DNA of 25,719 nucleotides from Nitrospinota bacterium (GTDB lineage Bacteria; UBA8248), in the NCBI GenBank assembly GCA_030754595.1, contig JASLZZ010000071.1:1-25719 (forward strand). The letters are read 5' to 3'. Position numbers and translations under genes: made by a program. This document shows positions 16,888-25,371 of the stretch, piece by piece; within the stretch, counting starts at the first letter, position 1, and every line of letters starts with the position of its first letter. The notes below the pieces were generated by a model, which was given only the letters and a program-made list of their open reading frames with translations, made no database searches and was not told where the DNA came from.

Positions 16888-17865
16888 TCATCTCCTCATG
16901 AAAAAGATATAAGTGCCCAGCCAGCTTCCGAGAATGATAAATATCGTGGCGAGTAGGCTCGTTGTGGAAAGGGCTGCTAGACCGGTTAGGCTGTGCCCGA
17001 TGTTGCATCCTCCCGCTGTCGCTGCTCCAAAGCCCATCATGAGTCCGCCAACGAGTTGTTTCGCCATGCGATCAGGGGCCGGGGCCCTCCACTTGAATTC
17101 ATTTGACCAGGCAGCGCTAATGAAGGCTCCCATGGGAACTCCTATTATCATCCACGAATCCCAGCTGAGGGAGGATTCCTGACCGGTGGTTACGTACCGG
17201 ATGATCATGCCCGAGGGTCCTGTAAAGCTCATGCCGAAATTTCGGCCGACCTCTGCGGAGGCAATCCATGCAAAAGAGGCGATTAGGCCGATAACAACAC
17301 CCGCCTTGGTCCAAGGCCATCCTGTGAAAACTTTCGGACGGGGGGACCGCGCCAGCCAGACGCCGCCGAAGCCGAGAATAAGGGCGATGACCGCCGTCCA
17401 TTTTGGAAGTCCTGTAAGCCCCTGAAGGCTTCCCAGAGCGGATGGTGCCCGAAAGGCACGAAGATAGGTTGAAAGAAGGTTCAATGGACCCCAGAAAGTC
17501 GCTGAAACGCCCAAACCGTAACCGAGCACTGCTAATATGGAGCCCACCATCCCTTCCCCGATGCGGTACCAGTTTCCGGAGGCGCAGCCTCCAGCCAGAG
17601 AGATGCCGGCTCCAAAAATCAAACCGCCTACGATGGCTGCCAACCAGGTAAATCCGAATGGCCGAACGGTGAGATATCCAGCCGCATCCAGCCCATGGAT
17701 GATAGCCATCTGTACGAACAAAGCCATGATATAGGCGCGGAACAAGGTGAAATCCCGTGCGAAGAACAGGTCCCGAAAGGCGGAGTACATGCAAAAACGC
17801 CCGCGCTGAAGCGCATAGCCGAATAACAGTCCGACCGGGAGGCCAAGTGCCAGCGTTTTGAGCAT
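16888..17865 (-). CDS. yeeE: YeeE/YedE family thiosulfate/sulfur-compound transporter
   Basis: Polytopic membrane protein with the three conserved Cys motifs RGRFC, GGCASG and GGCNIG. Start is ATG 17865 or GTG 17901. Confidence 0.9.
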   Translation of the reverse strand: MLKTLALGLPVGLLFGYALQRGRFCMYSAFRDLFFARDFTLFRAYIMALFVQMAIIHGLDAAGYLTVRPFGFTWLAAIVGGLIFGAGISLAGGCASGNWYRIGEGMVGSILAVLGYGLGVSATFWGPLNLLSTYLRAFRAPSALGSLQGLTGLPKWTAVIALILGFGGVWLARSPRPKVFTGWPWTKAGVVIGLIASFAWIASAEVGRNFGMSFTGPSGMIIRYVTTGQESSLSWDSWMIIGVPMGAFISAAWSNEFKWRAPAPDRMAKQLVGGLMMGFGAATAGGCNIGHSLTGLAALSTTSLLATIFIILGSWLGTYIFFMRR

Positions 17866-18023
17866 TTTTTTTACTTTCCGGGCAAAGCCCTTTCGTTTCA
17901 CTGTCGTTTAATCTAACAACGGCGAAGGGTGTTTTCATCCTTTCAGGGCGCCGCCAAGAGTTGTATTTTTTTTCGGGTTTTTGGGAAAATCAGCTTCACC
18001 TATTTGGCGAGGAGAGGAGTTTT

Positions 18024-18731
18024 ATGAGGGCTGATGGGATGAATCGAAAGGTGTTCCTGCCCGGGTTTATCGCCCTGGCGGCGGTTTTGGCGGTAGGGGC
18101 CATATGGTTGATGGGGAGGGATAGTACATCCTTGCCTGTATTCGGCGAATTACCCGAGTTTTCGCTTCCAAATTCCCGGGGCGGGAACCTTACCCTGAAA
18201 AGCCTTTTCGGTAAGGTCTGGGTGGTCAACACGATTTTCACCCGCTGCGAGGATACCTGTCCCCTCCAAATAACGACGCTCCAGGCCATGGGAAAGGAGT
18301 TCAAGGCCTCTAAAGAGTTGAGGTTTCTAGCGATTTCCATCGATCCCAAACACGATACGCCCGCAGTTCTGGCCAGCTATGCCCGGTTCCGCCAACTCGA
18401 TATGAGCCGGTGGGTTTTGTTGACGGGCGAGGAGAAAGCCGTGGCCAACCTCGTCGGAAAAGGATTGCGCCTTCCTCACGCCCTGACAGGCGCGAAATCA
18501 GGCTCTGCGGGCGCTCTCCTGGGGCGTCTGGCGTGGTTTCTCGGCCCCGGTCCCGCATATGGGCACCATCCACGGCATAATCAGCTTCGGCCGGGCGACA
18601 ACCCTATCGTCCATAGCTCCCGCTTCGTCCTGCTCGATCGGCGGGCGCGGGTCAGGGGGTATTACCGCAGCGGCGAGGAGGAGTCACTCGCCAAGCTTCG
18701 GGGAGACCTCCGCTCCCTCTTGGGCCAATAG
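18024..18731 (+). CDS. SCO/SenC family copper chaperone
   Basis: N-terminal TM anchor, FTRCEDTCP (CxxxC), ISIDPKHDTP and IVHSSRFVLLD. AGGAG RBS before ATG 18024. Confidence 0.9.
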   Translation: MRADGMNRKVFLPGFIALAAVLAVGAIWLMGRDSTSLPVFGELPEFSLPNSRGGNLTLKSLFGKVWVVNTIFTRCEDTCPLQITTLQAMGKEFKASKELRFLAISIDPKHDTPAVLASYARFRQLDMSRWVLLTGEEKAVANLVGKGLRLPHALTGAKSGSAGALLGRLAWFLGPGPAYGHHPRHNQLRPGDNPIVHSSRFVLLDRRARVRGYYRSGEEESLAKLRGDLRSLLGQ

Positions 18732-18751
18732 CCCAGCCAGAGGTAGCCCCT

Positions 18752-19927
18752 TCAGCCGCCCTCCCCGGCCAGTATCGCGCCGTAGCCCTCCCGGAACGTG
18801 GGGTGAATGAAGGTGTATCCCGCCGAGCGGAGCCGGGCGCTCGAGCAGCGCTTCCCTCGGCCCCCAAGGCGAAAATCTCGATCATCCGAAATAGCCGCCG
18901 CTTCTTGGGGCCCGTCCGGGATAGGGGGGATATCCCCGTGATCCGAAGCGCCCGCCCCCTCTGGAACAGGTTCCTCCGGGGCCGCTCTACCTGGGGGCAA
19001 TTGCTCCCCAAGCCAGCGAAGTACCTCGCATTTCCCGGCAGGTTCCCTGTCCACCCCGAGGTAGAGCGAAGCGGGCGCGCTCATCCCCATCAGATGATGA
19101 AACACTCCGGCGCAATCCTCCCGGTGAATCCGGTTCACATACGGGCCGGCCTCTCCAGACGGTCCGTCACCGGTTTCCACCGGCCCCGCAGCCTCCAGCG
19201 TCCGGCGGGGCGTCTCCAGCGACCATCGGCGGGCCTCCTCGATCAGCCGCGTCCGGCCCGGCCCGTAGATTCCCCCGAAGCGGACCACCGTCGCCGGATA
19301 AGGCCCGCCCAGCGCCATCTCCTCCGCCTCGCGCATGATCCGGCCCCTGAAATGCGCGGCCTCGGCGGGCGAGTCCTCGTCCACCCACTCGCCCGCCGAC
19401 TGCGCGTAGACCGCCGTGCTCGACGCGAAAAAAAACCGTTTCAGATTCTGATTTTGGTTTGAAAGCGCGTCCAGCGTATTTTCAAGGCCCGTGAGATAGG
19501 CCGACCGGTAGGCCGTCTCCGCCGCCTCGTCCGCCGCCGCCGTGTAGAAAACAAAATCGAGATCAGGGGGTAGATCTTCGAGGGATTCCGGGTCGCACAG
19601 ATCGGCGATGAATGGCGCGAAGTTTTCAGTAAATTCCGATCCGGACAAACCAGCATCGGACAGATTAGTTTCAGACAAGTTGGTTTTGGACAGGCCCACT
19701 TCGGAGGGATTAGTTTCGGACAGGAACGATTCCGGCGCCCCCGCCCCGGAGGGGTCCGCTCCGGACACACCCGCTCCGGAGGAGTCAGCCCCGGAGGGGC
19801 CGCGGCGCAACCCCCAGACCTCGTGGCCCGTCCCGGACAGGTCCGTCCCGGACAGGTCCGCCCCGGCCAGCCGCCGCCCCAGCGCTGCCCCTAGATAGCC
19901 GCACCCCGCGATGAGAACCCTCGCCAT
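18752..19927 (-). CDS. Atypical SDR / NAD-dependent epimerase-dehydratase (YeeZ-like) with repeat insertions
   Basis: VLIAGCGYLG, VWGLRR, ASSTAVY....GEWVDEDSP, VRFGGIYGPGR, NRIHREDCAG, GKRCSSARL and PTFREGY. Confidence 0.88.
   Translation of the reverse strand: MARVLIAGCGYLGAALGRRLAGADLSGTDLSGTGHEVWGLRRGPSGADSSGAGVSGADPSGAGAPESFLSETNPSEVGLSKTNLSETNLSDAGLSGSEFTENFAPFIADLCDPESLEDLPPDLDFVFYTAAADEAAETAYRSAYLTGLENTLDALSNQNQNLKRFFFASSTAVYAQSAGEWVDEDSPAEAAHFRGRIMREAEEMALGGPYPATVVRFGGIYGPGRTRLIEEARRWSLETPRRTLEAAGPVETGDGPSGEAGPYVNRIHREDCAGVFHHLMGMSAPASLYLGVDREPAGKCEVLRWLGEQLPPGRAAPEEPVPEGAGASDHGDIPPIPDGPQEAAAISDDRDFRLGGRGKRCSSARLRSAGYTFIHPTFREGYGAILAGEGG
19626..19866 (-). repeat. Degenerate 15-bp coding tandem repeats (pentapeptide units) inside the SDR gene
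   Basis: Units in exact 15-bp phase from 19626 to about 19800 (e.g. TCGGACAGATTAGTT, TCGGAGGGATTAGTT, CCGGAGGGGTCCGCT). A second block, CCGGACAGGTCCG x2, lies at about 19833-19860. Confidence 0.85.
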
Positions 19928-19940
19928 ATTTTTAAGGGAG

Positions 19941-20786
19941 CTAGCCGCCGGCCACTGAGGCCACGTCGATCAACACCCCCGCCAGCTCGGAGGGCTTAAT
20001 GCGGAGCCCGCTGTAGAACGGCCCGAACTCCCCGTACCAGACCGTCGCCTCATCGAAGCGCATCTCATAAATCAGCTCCTTGAACACATGCGGGTCCGGC
20101 GCGAAAAGGTAAACCCCCCACTCCCAATCGTCGAGCCCGATGCTCCCGGTGATGATCTGCTTCACCCGCCCGGCGTACTTCCTGCCGACCATCCCGTGGT
20201 CAAGCATCATCATCTGCCGCTCGTCGATCGGCAGGCCGTACCAGTTCTTCTCCTCCCCCCGCCGCTTGTTCATCGGATAGAAACAAAGATACCGGTCCTC
20301 GGGTATCTCCATGAAGAGCCTCCCGATCATCCGCTCCCGCTGACTGGCCATCTCGGCGGCCCAGCGCTCTTTCCACTCATCCCCCCCCGGCTTGAGTCCC
20401 GCCTCGACGAGCTCCCCGTGAAATTTGACGGTCATCTCATAGAGCCCGAGCTCGAGGAACGAGAGATACGAAGTCGTCTCCCTCAGGTAGCCGTAAAGCG
20501 GAAGCCGTCTGAAGCCGAGCTCCACTTCGTTCAACTCGTCCAGCGTCTTCCTGAAATTCAAGAACAGCAGGTCCCCCTTGTGGCCGAGCAGGCTGAAAGC
20601 CGCGCTCTCTCCGTCCGCTACACCGGCGGCCTTTTCCAGATACCCCGCCGCCCCGGCGGCCACCTCCGCCTTTTCCGCCTCGGGCGCCGCGTTCCAGCGG
20701 GGCCAGTCCACGCTGAAAATCTGGTGGAGCACCGACCAGCCGTCCAGCGTCCGGGGCGCCACCGCCTGATCGTTGTTTTCGCTCAC
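19941..20786 (-). CDS. hemQ: Coproheme decarboxylase (HemQ/ChdC, chlorite dismutase superfamily)
   Basis: APRTLDGWSVLH, LGHKGDL, CFYPMNKRRG...NWY, DHG.VGRKYAG.VKQIITGSIGLDDWEWGV and YEMRFDE...YGEFGPFY. Confidence 0.9.
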   Translation of the reverse strand: MSENNDQAVAPRTLDGWSVLHQIFSVDWPRWNAAPEAEKAEVAAGAAGYLEKAAGVADGESAAFSLLGHKGDLLFLNFRKTLDELNEVELGFRRLPLYGYLRETTSYLSFLELGLYEMTVKFHGELVEAGLKPGGDEWKERWAAEMASQRERMIGRLFMEIPEDRYLCFYPMNKRRGEEKNWYGLPIDERQMMMLDHGMVGRKYAGRVKQIITGSIGLDDWEWGVYLFAPDPHVFKELIYEMRFDEATVWYGEFGPFYSGLRIKPSELAGVLIDVASVAGG

Positions 20787-20899
20787 GTTTTCGCTCCCGG
20801 TTTCGTGGGTCGGTTGAATTCAGGCGGGTATTCTAGCAGACCGGCGGGGGGCATCAACGGGGCGTTTCATACTTGCGGAGGCTTAAGATGACAGTGGTT

Positions 20900-20950
20900 T
20901 GTCATTCCGAGCGAAAAGTGAGGTGGCTCTGAGCGAAAAGCGAAGAGCCT
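20900..20950 (+). repeat. REP-like extragenic repeat (TGTCATTC-type) with an internal duplication
   Basis: TGTCATTCCGAGCGAAAAGTGAGG followed by CTCTGAGCGAAAAGCGAAGAGCCT. It is preceded by an inverted ATGACA and is related to 13398..13425. Confidence 0.55.
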
Positions 20951-20975
20951 GCTTGAGAAAAGTCCGGCGGCCGCG

Positions 20976-21890
20976 CTAGCCGCCTTCGAGTTTGAGACCC
21001 GGAAGGCTCTTGCGGGTCCTCTGGATCATTTCGCGCAGCCTCCGGGCGTTCACCGCGCCGGGTACGAGTTCGCTCCCGACGACGAAGGCGGGGGTTCCGG
21101 TGATGCCGAGCGCCCGGGCCAGCGCCCGGTTATGGGCGAGTTCTTTCCCGATGGCGGGGGCGTCCATCTCCCGCCGGAGTTTTTTCGCGTCTATTCTCAG
21201 CGAGGCGGCGAGCGACATGAGGCCCGCCTCGCTCGTCTTGACCCGGCCTCCCATCAGCGCCTTGTGGAATTCGACGTATTTTCCCTGCGCCTTCGCGGCC
21301 AGCGCCGCGCGCGCCGCGAGAAGCGAGCCCGGCCCGAGGATGGGGAACTCCTTGAAGACGATTCGCACCTTGGGGTCGCTTTTTTCGATCTCCACTAGCG
21401 CCGGGAACGATCGGCGGCAGTAGGAGCAGTTGTAGTCGAAGAACTCGACCACGGTGACATCTCCCTCGGGGTTTCCCCCGACGGGGGAGCCGGGGCTTCG
21501 GGTGAGTTCCTCGCGGCGGGTCTTGAGGTTCGCCTTCGCCCGTGCGGCCCGCGCCGCCTTCTGGCGGGCCTCATGGTCCCGGACCGATTTCAGGATGACC
21601 TCCGGGTGGCGGAGGATGTAACGCTCGATCAGTTTTTCGATCCGCTCCCTGTCCATCCCGGGCGCCGCCTTTTTCGGCTCGGCGGCCCCTGCAGGGCTGG
21701 CGGCCCCGGCGGCGGCGGGAACAGCGGTGGTGACAGCGGCGGCGGCGACCGCGGCAAGCAGCAACGATACGGCCCGGTTCGTGATTTTACCGGTGGTTAT
21801 CAAGGTTTTCTCCGATCGAAAAGAAATAGATTGATGGCGCATTTGGCGAATTAAAAAGGTCATAATTCCGGCCGCCGGCGAAGTCTTCAC
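20976..21890 (-). CDS. DsbA family thiol-disulfide oxidoreductase (Com1/ScsC-like)
   Basis: YILRHPEV N-terminal helix, GNPEGDVTVVEFFDYNCSYC (CxxC), KEFPILG and GITGTPAF cis-Pro loop. The GTG start overlaps the upstream TGA (GTGA), but the true start may be further downstream. Confidence 0.88.
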   Translation of the reverse strand: MKTSPAAGIMTFLIRQMRHQSISFRSEKTLITTGKITNRAVSLLLAAVAAAAVTTAVPAAAGAASPAGAAEPKKAAPGMDRERIEKLIERYILRHPEVILKSVRDHEARQKAARAARAKANLKTRREELTRSPGSPVGGNPEGDVTVVEFFDYNCSYCRRSFPALVEIEKSDPKVRIVFKEFPILGPGSLLAARAALAAKAQGKYVEFHKALMGGRVKTSEAGLMSLAASLRIDAKKLRREMDAPAIGKELAHNRALARALGITGTPAFVVGSELVPGAVNARRLREMIQRTRKSLPGLKLEGG

Positions 21891-22828
21891 CTGTCTCCCC
21901 GCCTCGACGATTCGAGGGGGAGCTTGGGCGGGCCGCCGGTGGCGTCCGCTTCCTGAAAGATATCATGACACCCCACGCAGGCCGCCCGCGCCGCTCCGAG
22001 CCGGCGGACGATTCCGCCGTAATCCGCCTTCCGGGCGGCGGCTTCGATTCCCTCCGTCACCTCGAGGAGCTGGGCGGCCCGGTCCTCGTAAATCTCCTGC
22101 GCGGCGCCTTCCCTCAGATTGACCGTCCATTGGACAAGGTCCTTGAGCCGGGCGGCTTGGTCCCTGATCCGCTTTTCAGCCCGGGGCGGGACGAACTCTC
22201 CGTCGAGCCCGAGGGTGAGCGTCCGCTTGGCCAGCCCGAGGAGGGCGCTCTCCAGGGCGGTCATCACCTCCTTGAGCGATTCGTAGTCGTTTTCGAATTC
22301 GAAGTTTACCGATATTTTCCCGCCCTTTGGGATTTTCTTGCAGCCCGAATGAGGCGCTCCCTCGATGCGGGCGGTGACAGCGTAGGCGCCTCGCGGGCCC
22401 AGCGCGACGTTGGCGGCGTAGGCCGGCTCGCCGCCAACGAGCGACCGCCGGAGCCGAAAGGTTTTGCGCCAATCGTCCCGTTCGAACGTCAGCCAAACCC
22501 CCGGGCCGCCGATGGTTTTCAAATCGCGCCAGCGGCGCAGGTGGAGCAAAAAACGGTGAGAAAAAGCGCTCATTTTTTTACGAAGCGCCCCGGGCGAAAT
22601 TTTCCCGCCCTTCCCGGGCGTCCACTTCGGCGGAGTGGCGGCCAGCTTGATCGAATAACAGCCCGAGGGCTTCTCTCCCACCTCCTGATAGACGTACGAA
22701 ATCCGGCTGGTGTGATGGGCCGCCGAGGGCGGGAGGAGTCCCAGCGGAAGCGCCAGCGCGATAGCGGCCCACAGCGCCCGGCGGCGAGTGCTAGAGAAAT
22801 TGTGTTTCGGGCGGGATGGATGGAACAA
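21887..22828 (-). CDS. Exported protein with a beta-rich N-domain and a C-terminal cytochrome c' (class II)-like domain
   Basis: TTG after AAGGAG. Signal peptide (STRRRALWAAIALALPLGLLPPSAA). The helical C-terminal ~120 aa starts SLKEVM and ends in a single CVGCH heme motif (21965-21979). Confidence 0.72.
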   Translation of the reverse strand: MFHPSRPKHNFSSTRRRALWAAIALALPLGLLPPSAAHHTSRISYVYQEVGEKPSGCYSIKLAATPPKWTPGKGGKISPGALRKKMSAFSHRFLLHLRRWRDLKTIGGPGVWLTFERDDWRKTFRLRRSLVGGEPAYAANVALGPRGAYAVTARIEGAPHSGCKKIPKGGKISVNFEFENDYESLKEVMTALESALLGLAKRTLTLGLDGEFVPPRAEKRIRDQAARLKDLVQWTVNLREGAAQEIYEDRAAQLLEVTEGIEAAARKADYGGIVRRLGAARAACVGCHDIFQEADATGGPPKLPLESSRRGDR

Positions 22829-23172
22829 ACGGCGCTCCTTTTTCGTTTGAACTGAAAGCGGCGCCCGCTCCGGGCGAGCCCCTACTCTTATCAGGGATTC
22901 GGCCGGGGTTCCATCGGCGCCTCCCGGTGAGCCGAAGGGGAGGATTGTTTTTGTAAGTAATTGAAAAAATTTAACTTAATGGAAAGATCGGGACCGGCGG
23001 CGGGTTCGTGATAGACTCTGAAGAGGAGGCGCTTCCATTTCGCGCCAAATTCCCTTATCTATCCGGGGGGCGGGATCGGCCGCTTTGGAATTCACGGGGC
23101 CCGCTTCGAGAGCATCTTTTCCGGTCATCATCAAGGAACGGAGTTTCTTTCAATCGAAGGAGAGGAGCGAAC

Positions 23173-23880
23173 ATGCGCATCGGACACCTATCATTGAAAA
23201 TTGCAGCGGTCTTCGCGACGGTAAGCCTGGCCCTGGCCGGGCCCGCCTTCGCGGGCTCCGTATCGGGGACCATCAAGTTCTCCGGAAAAGCCCCCGCGCC
23301 GAAGGTTCTTTCCGTGAACAAGGACAAGAAGGTCTGCGGGAAAAACAAGATCACCGACGATAGCCTCGTCGTGAAAAACGGCGGCGTCTCCTGGGCGGTC
23401 GTCTCCATCAAGGGCGCCAAGGGCGGGAAGTTCTCCAAGGCGATGAAGAAGGCCACCGTCGATCAGGACGGCTGCATCTACACCCCCCGCGTGACGGTGA
23501 TGAAATCCGGCACGAAGCTCATCGTGCTGAACAGCGACAAGATTCTCCACAACGTCCACACCCGCCCCGGGAAATCGAAAAACACCGTCGCCAACATCGC
23601 CCAGCCGAAGTTCAAGAAAAAGCTCAAGATGTCGAAGCGCTATTTCAAGAAGCCGGGCATCGTCAAGGTCACCTGCGACGTGCACGACTGGATGACGGGA
23701 TGGGTCGTATCGACGAAGACGCCGTTTGTCGCGATCTCGGGAGACGGCGGCAAGTTCAAGATCGGCGGGGTGCCGGACGGTTCCTACACCGTCGAGATAT
23801 GGCATGAAAAGCTCGGAACGAAGACGATGAAAGTCGACGTGAAGGGCGACACGAAGTTGGACGCCACCATCGGCGGCTAG
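23173..23880 (+). CDS. Exported cupredoxin-like protein (MauL-like) with a carboxypeptidase-regulatory-like domain
   Basis: AGAGGAG RBS and signal peptide ending AFA-G. DQDGCIYTPRV, NSDKILHNVH, CDVHDWM (His/Cys/His/Met type-1 Cu-like set) and VPDGSYTVEIWHEKLG. Confidence 0.82.
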   Translation: MRIGHLSLKIAAVFATVSLALAGPAFAGSVSGTIKFSGKAPAPKVLSVNKDKKVCGKNKITDDSLVVKNGGVSWAVVSIKGAKGGKFSKAMKKATVDQDGCIYTPRVTVMKSGTKLIVLNSDKILHNVHTRPGKSKNTVANIAQPKFKKKLKMSKRYFKKPGIVKVTCDVHDWMTGWVVSTKTPFVAISGDGGKFKIGGVPDGSYTVEIWHEKLGTKTMKVDVKGDTKLDATIGG

Positions 23881-23918
23881 AATCGACGGCGGCTGGAATC
23901 ACGAACCTGAAACATCCG

Positions 23919-23950
23919 GGCGGCGGGAGGAGACTCCCGCCGCCTTTTTT
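23919..23950 (+). terminator. Rho-independent terminator
   Basis: GGCGGCGGGAG-GAGA-CTCCCGCCGCC followed by T6. Confidence 0.9.
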
Positions 23951-24004
23951 CGTGTGTGCCGGGGAGTTCCCGCTCCCTGGATGCTTTCCTAAAAAAATCC
24001 TGTC

Positions 24005-25204
24005 CTAGCGCCCCGTCTTTTTTCGCGCCACGGCGGCGAGGTCCGCCGCTCCCTCGGCGATGCGGTCGATCTCGGCCTCGGTGTTGACGTAGTGGATCGA
24101 GGCGCGGACGGCGGGCGGGACCGAATCCACCGACCGCAAGACGACCTTGTGCTTTTTCAGCAGGTGCGCGGCGGTTTCCACTGGCGTCAACCCGGGGGCG
24201 CGGAACGAGACGAGGCCCGATTGGGCCGGGCCGGGCGGGGTGAGCACCTCGATACCGGGCTCGCTCCGGAGCCGCTTGAGCAGCCGGTTCGCCAGCCGCC
24301 TGACCCTGCGCTCGATGCCGGCGGGGCCGCTCCGGCGGCAGGTCTCCACCGCCACGCGGAGACCCGAGTAGAGCGCCGGGCTGATGGTGGCGATCTCGAA
24401 GCGGATCGCGCCCTTCTGGGGGGTGTAGGTGAGCTTGGGCAGGCTCCGGGCGGCGGCGGAGCGGTAGCCGACCCCGGATTCGAGGATTTTCTTCCGGAGG
24501 CCGTTCCGCACGAACACCGCCCCGGTGCCCTGAGGCCCCATGAGCCATTTTTGCCCGGAGACGGTGTAAACGTCGGCCAGCGATTTTTTCACGTCAACCG
24601 GTATCTGGCCGACCGACTGCGCCCCGTCCACCACGAGCAGCGCCCCGGCCTTCCGGCAGAGGCGGCCGATCTCGCGGAGGGGCAGCCGGCGGCCGGTGAG
24701 CCAGGCGATGTGGCTCACGCAGACGGCGCGGGTCCTCGGGGTGATCATGGCGCGCAGGTTCGAGAGAAGCTCCTCGTCCGACGCGCCCGTTTCGAGGAGG
24801 CGCACCTTGATCCGCCCCCTGCGCTCGCGCCACATCAGCCAGGGCAGGTAGCCGCCCGGATGCTCGAGGTCGGTGACGATGGCCTCGTCCCCCGCTCGCC
24901 ACTCGACCCCGGCGGCGGCGATGTTGACCCCTGAGGTGGTGTTGTCCACGAGGGCGATCTCCTCTTCGCGCGCGCCGAGGAGTTTCGAGACCTCAAGGCG
25001 GAGCGCCACCATCACGGCTTTCGATTCGTCCTTGACTTGGGGGTGAAACGGCCCCAGCCGCGATTCGCGCTTGAGGATGCGATCCACCTCGCGGAGCACC
25101 TCGGCCGGGGAGGGGCCGCTGCCCCCCCAGTTGACGTAGACCTGCCCCTTCATCGCGGGGATCCGCCCCCTGAGCCGCCGGACGCTCGCTTTATCGATAG
25201 CCAA
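24005..25204 (-). CDS. Aminotransferase class V-fold PLP enzyme (cysteine/cystine lyase-like)
   Basis: TTG 25204 after GAGGGGAGA. VYVNWGGSGP, NTTSG, DLEHP, VDGAQSVG, SGQKWLMGPQGTG (PLP Lys) and VRASIHYVNTEAEID. Confidence 0.88.
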   Translation of the reverse strand: MAIDKASVRRLRGRIPAMKGQVYVNWGGSGPSPAEVLREVDRILKRESRLGPFHPQVKDESKAVMVALRLEVSKLLGAREEEIALVDNTTSGVNIAAAGVEWRAGDEAIVTDLEHPGGYLPWLMWRERRGRIKVRLLETGASDEELLSNLRAMITPRTRAVCVSHIAWLTGRRLPLREIGRLCRKAGALLVVDGAQSVGQIPVDVKKSLADVYTVSGQKWLMGPQGTGAVFVRNGLRKKILESGVGYRSAAARSLPKLTYTPQKGAIRFEIATISPALYSGLRVAVETCRRSGPAGIERRVRRLANRLLKRLRSEPGIEVLTPPGPAQSGLVSFRAPGLTPVETAAHLLKKHKVVLRSVDSVPPAVRASIHYVNTEAEIDRIAEGAADLAAVARKKTGR

Positions 25205-25371
25205 GATAAAATCTCCCCTCGATTGCCGGGCGCTATTGGCCGGGCCGGTTGTATGCCGTGGATAATTACTCTCCCAGCATATCCCATATCGAACACCGGG
25301 TGGAGGCGGGCGCGGGGTGGATGCGGTTTCTTGATGGGTGGCGCCTCCGGGGTCGCCCGGAGCGGGTCCAA

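Noticed and set aside
19941..20786. Chlorite dismutase
   Set aside because: The YPMNKRR motif and Gln in VKQII, in place of the distal Arg, indicate HemQ/ChdC rather than Cld.
22961..22974. FNR/CRP-like box TTGAAAAAATTTAA in the divergent promoter region
   Set aside because: Three mismatches to TTGAT-N4-ATCAA in an AT-rich patch; not distinguishable from chance.
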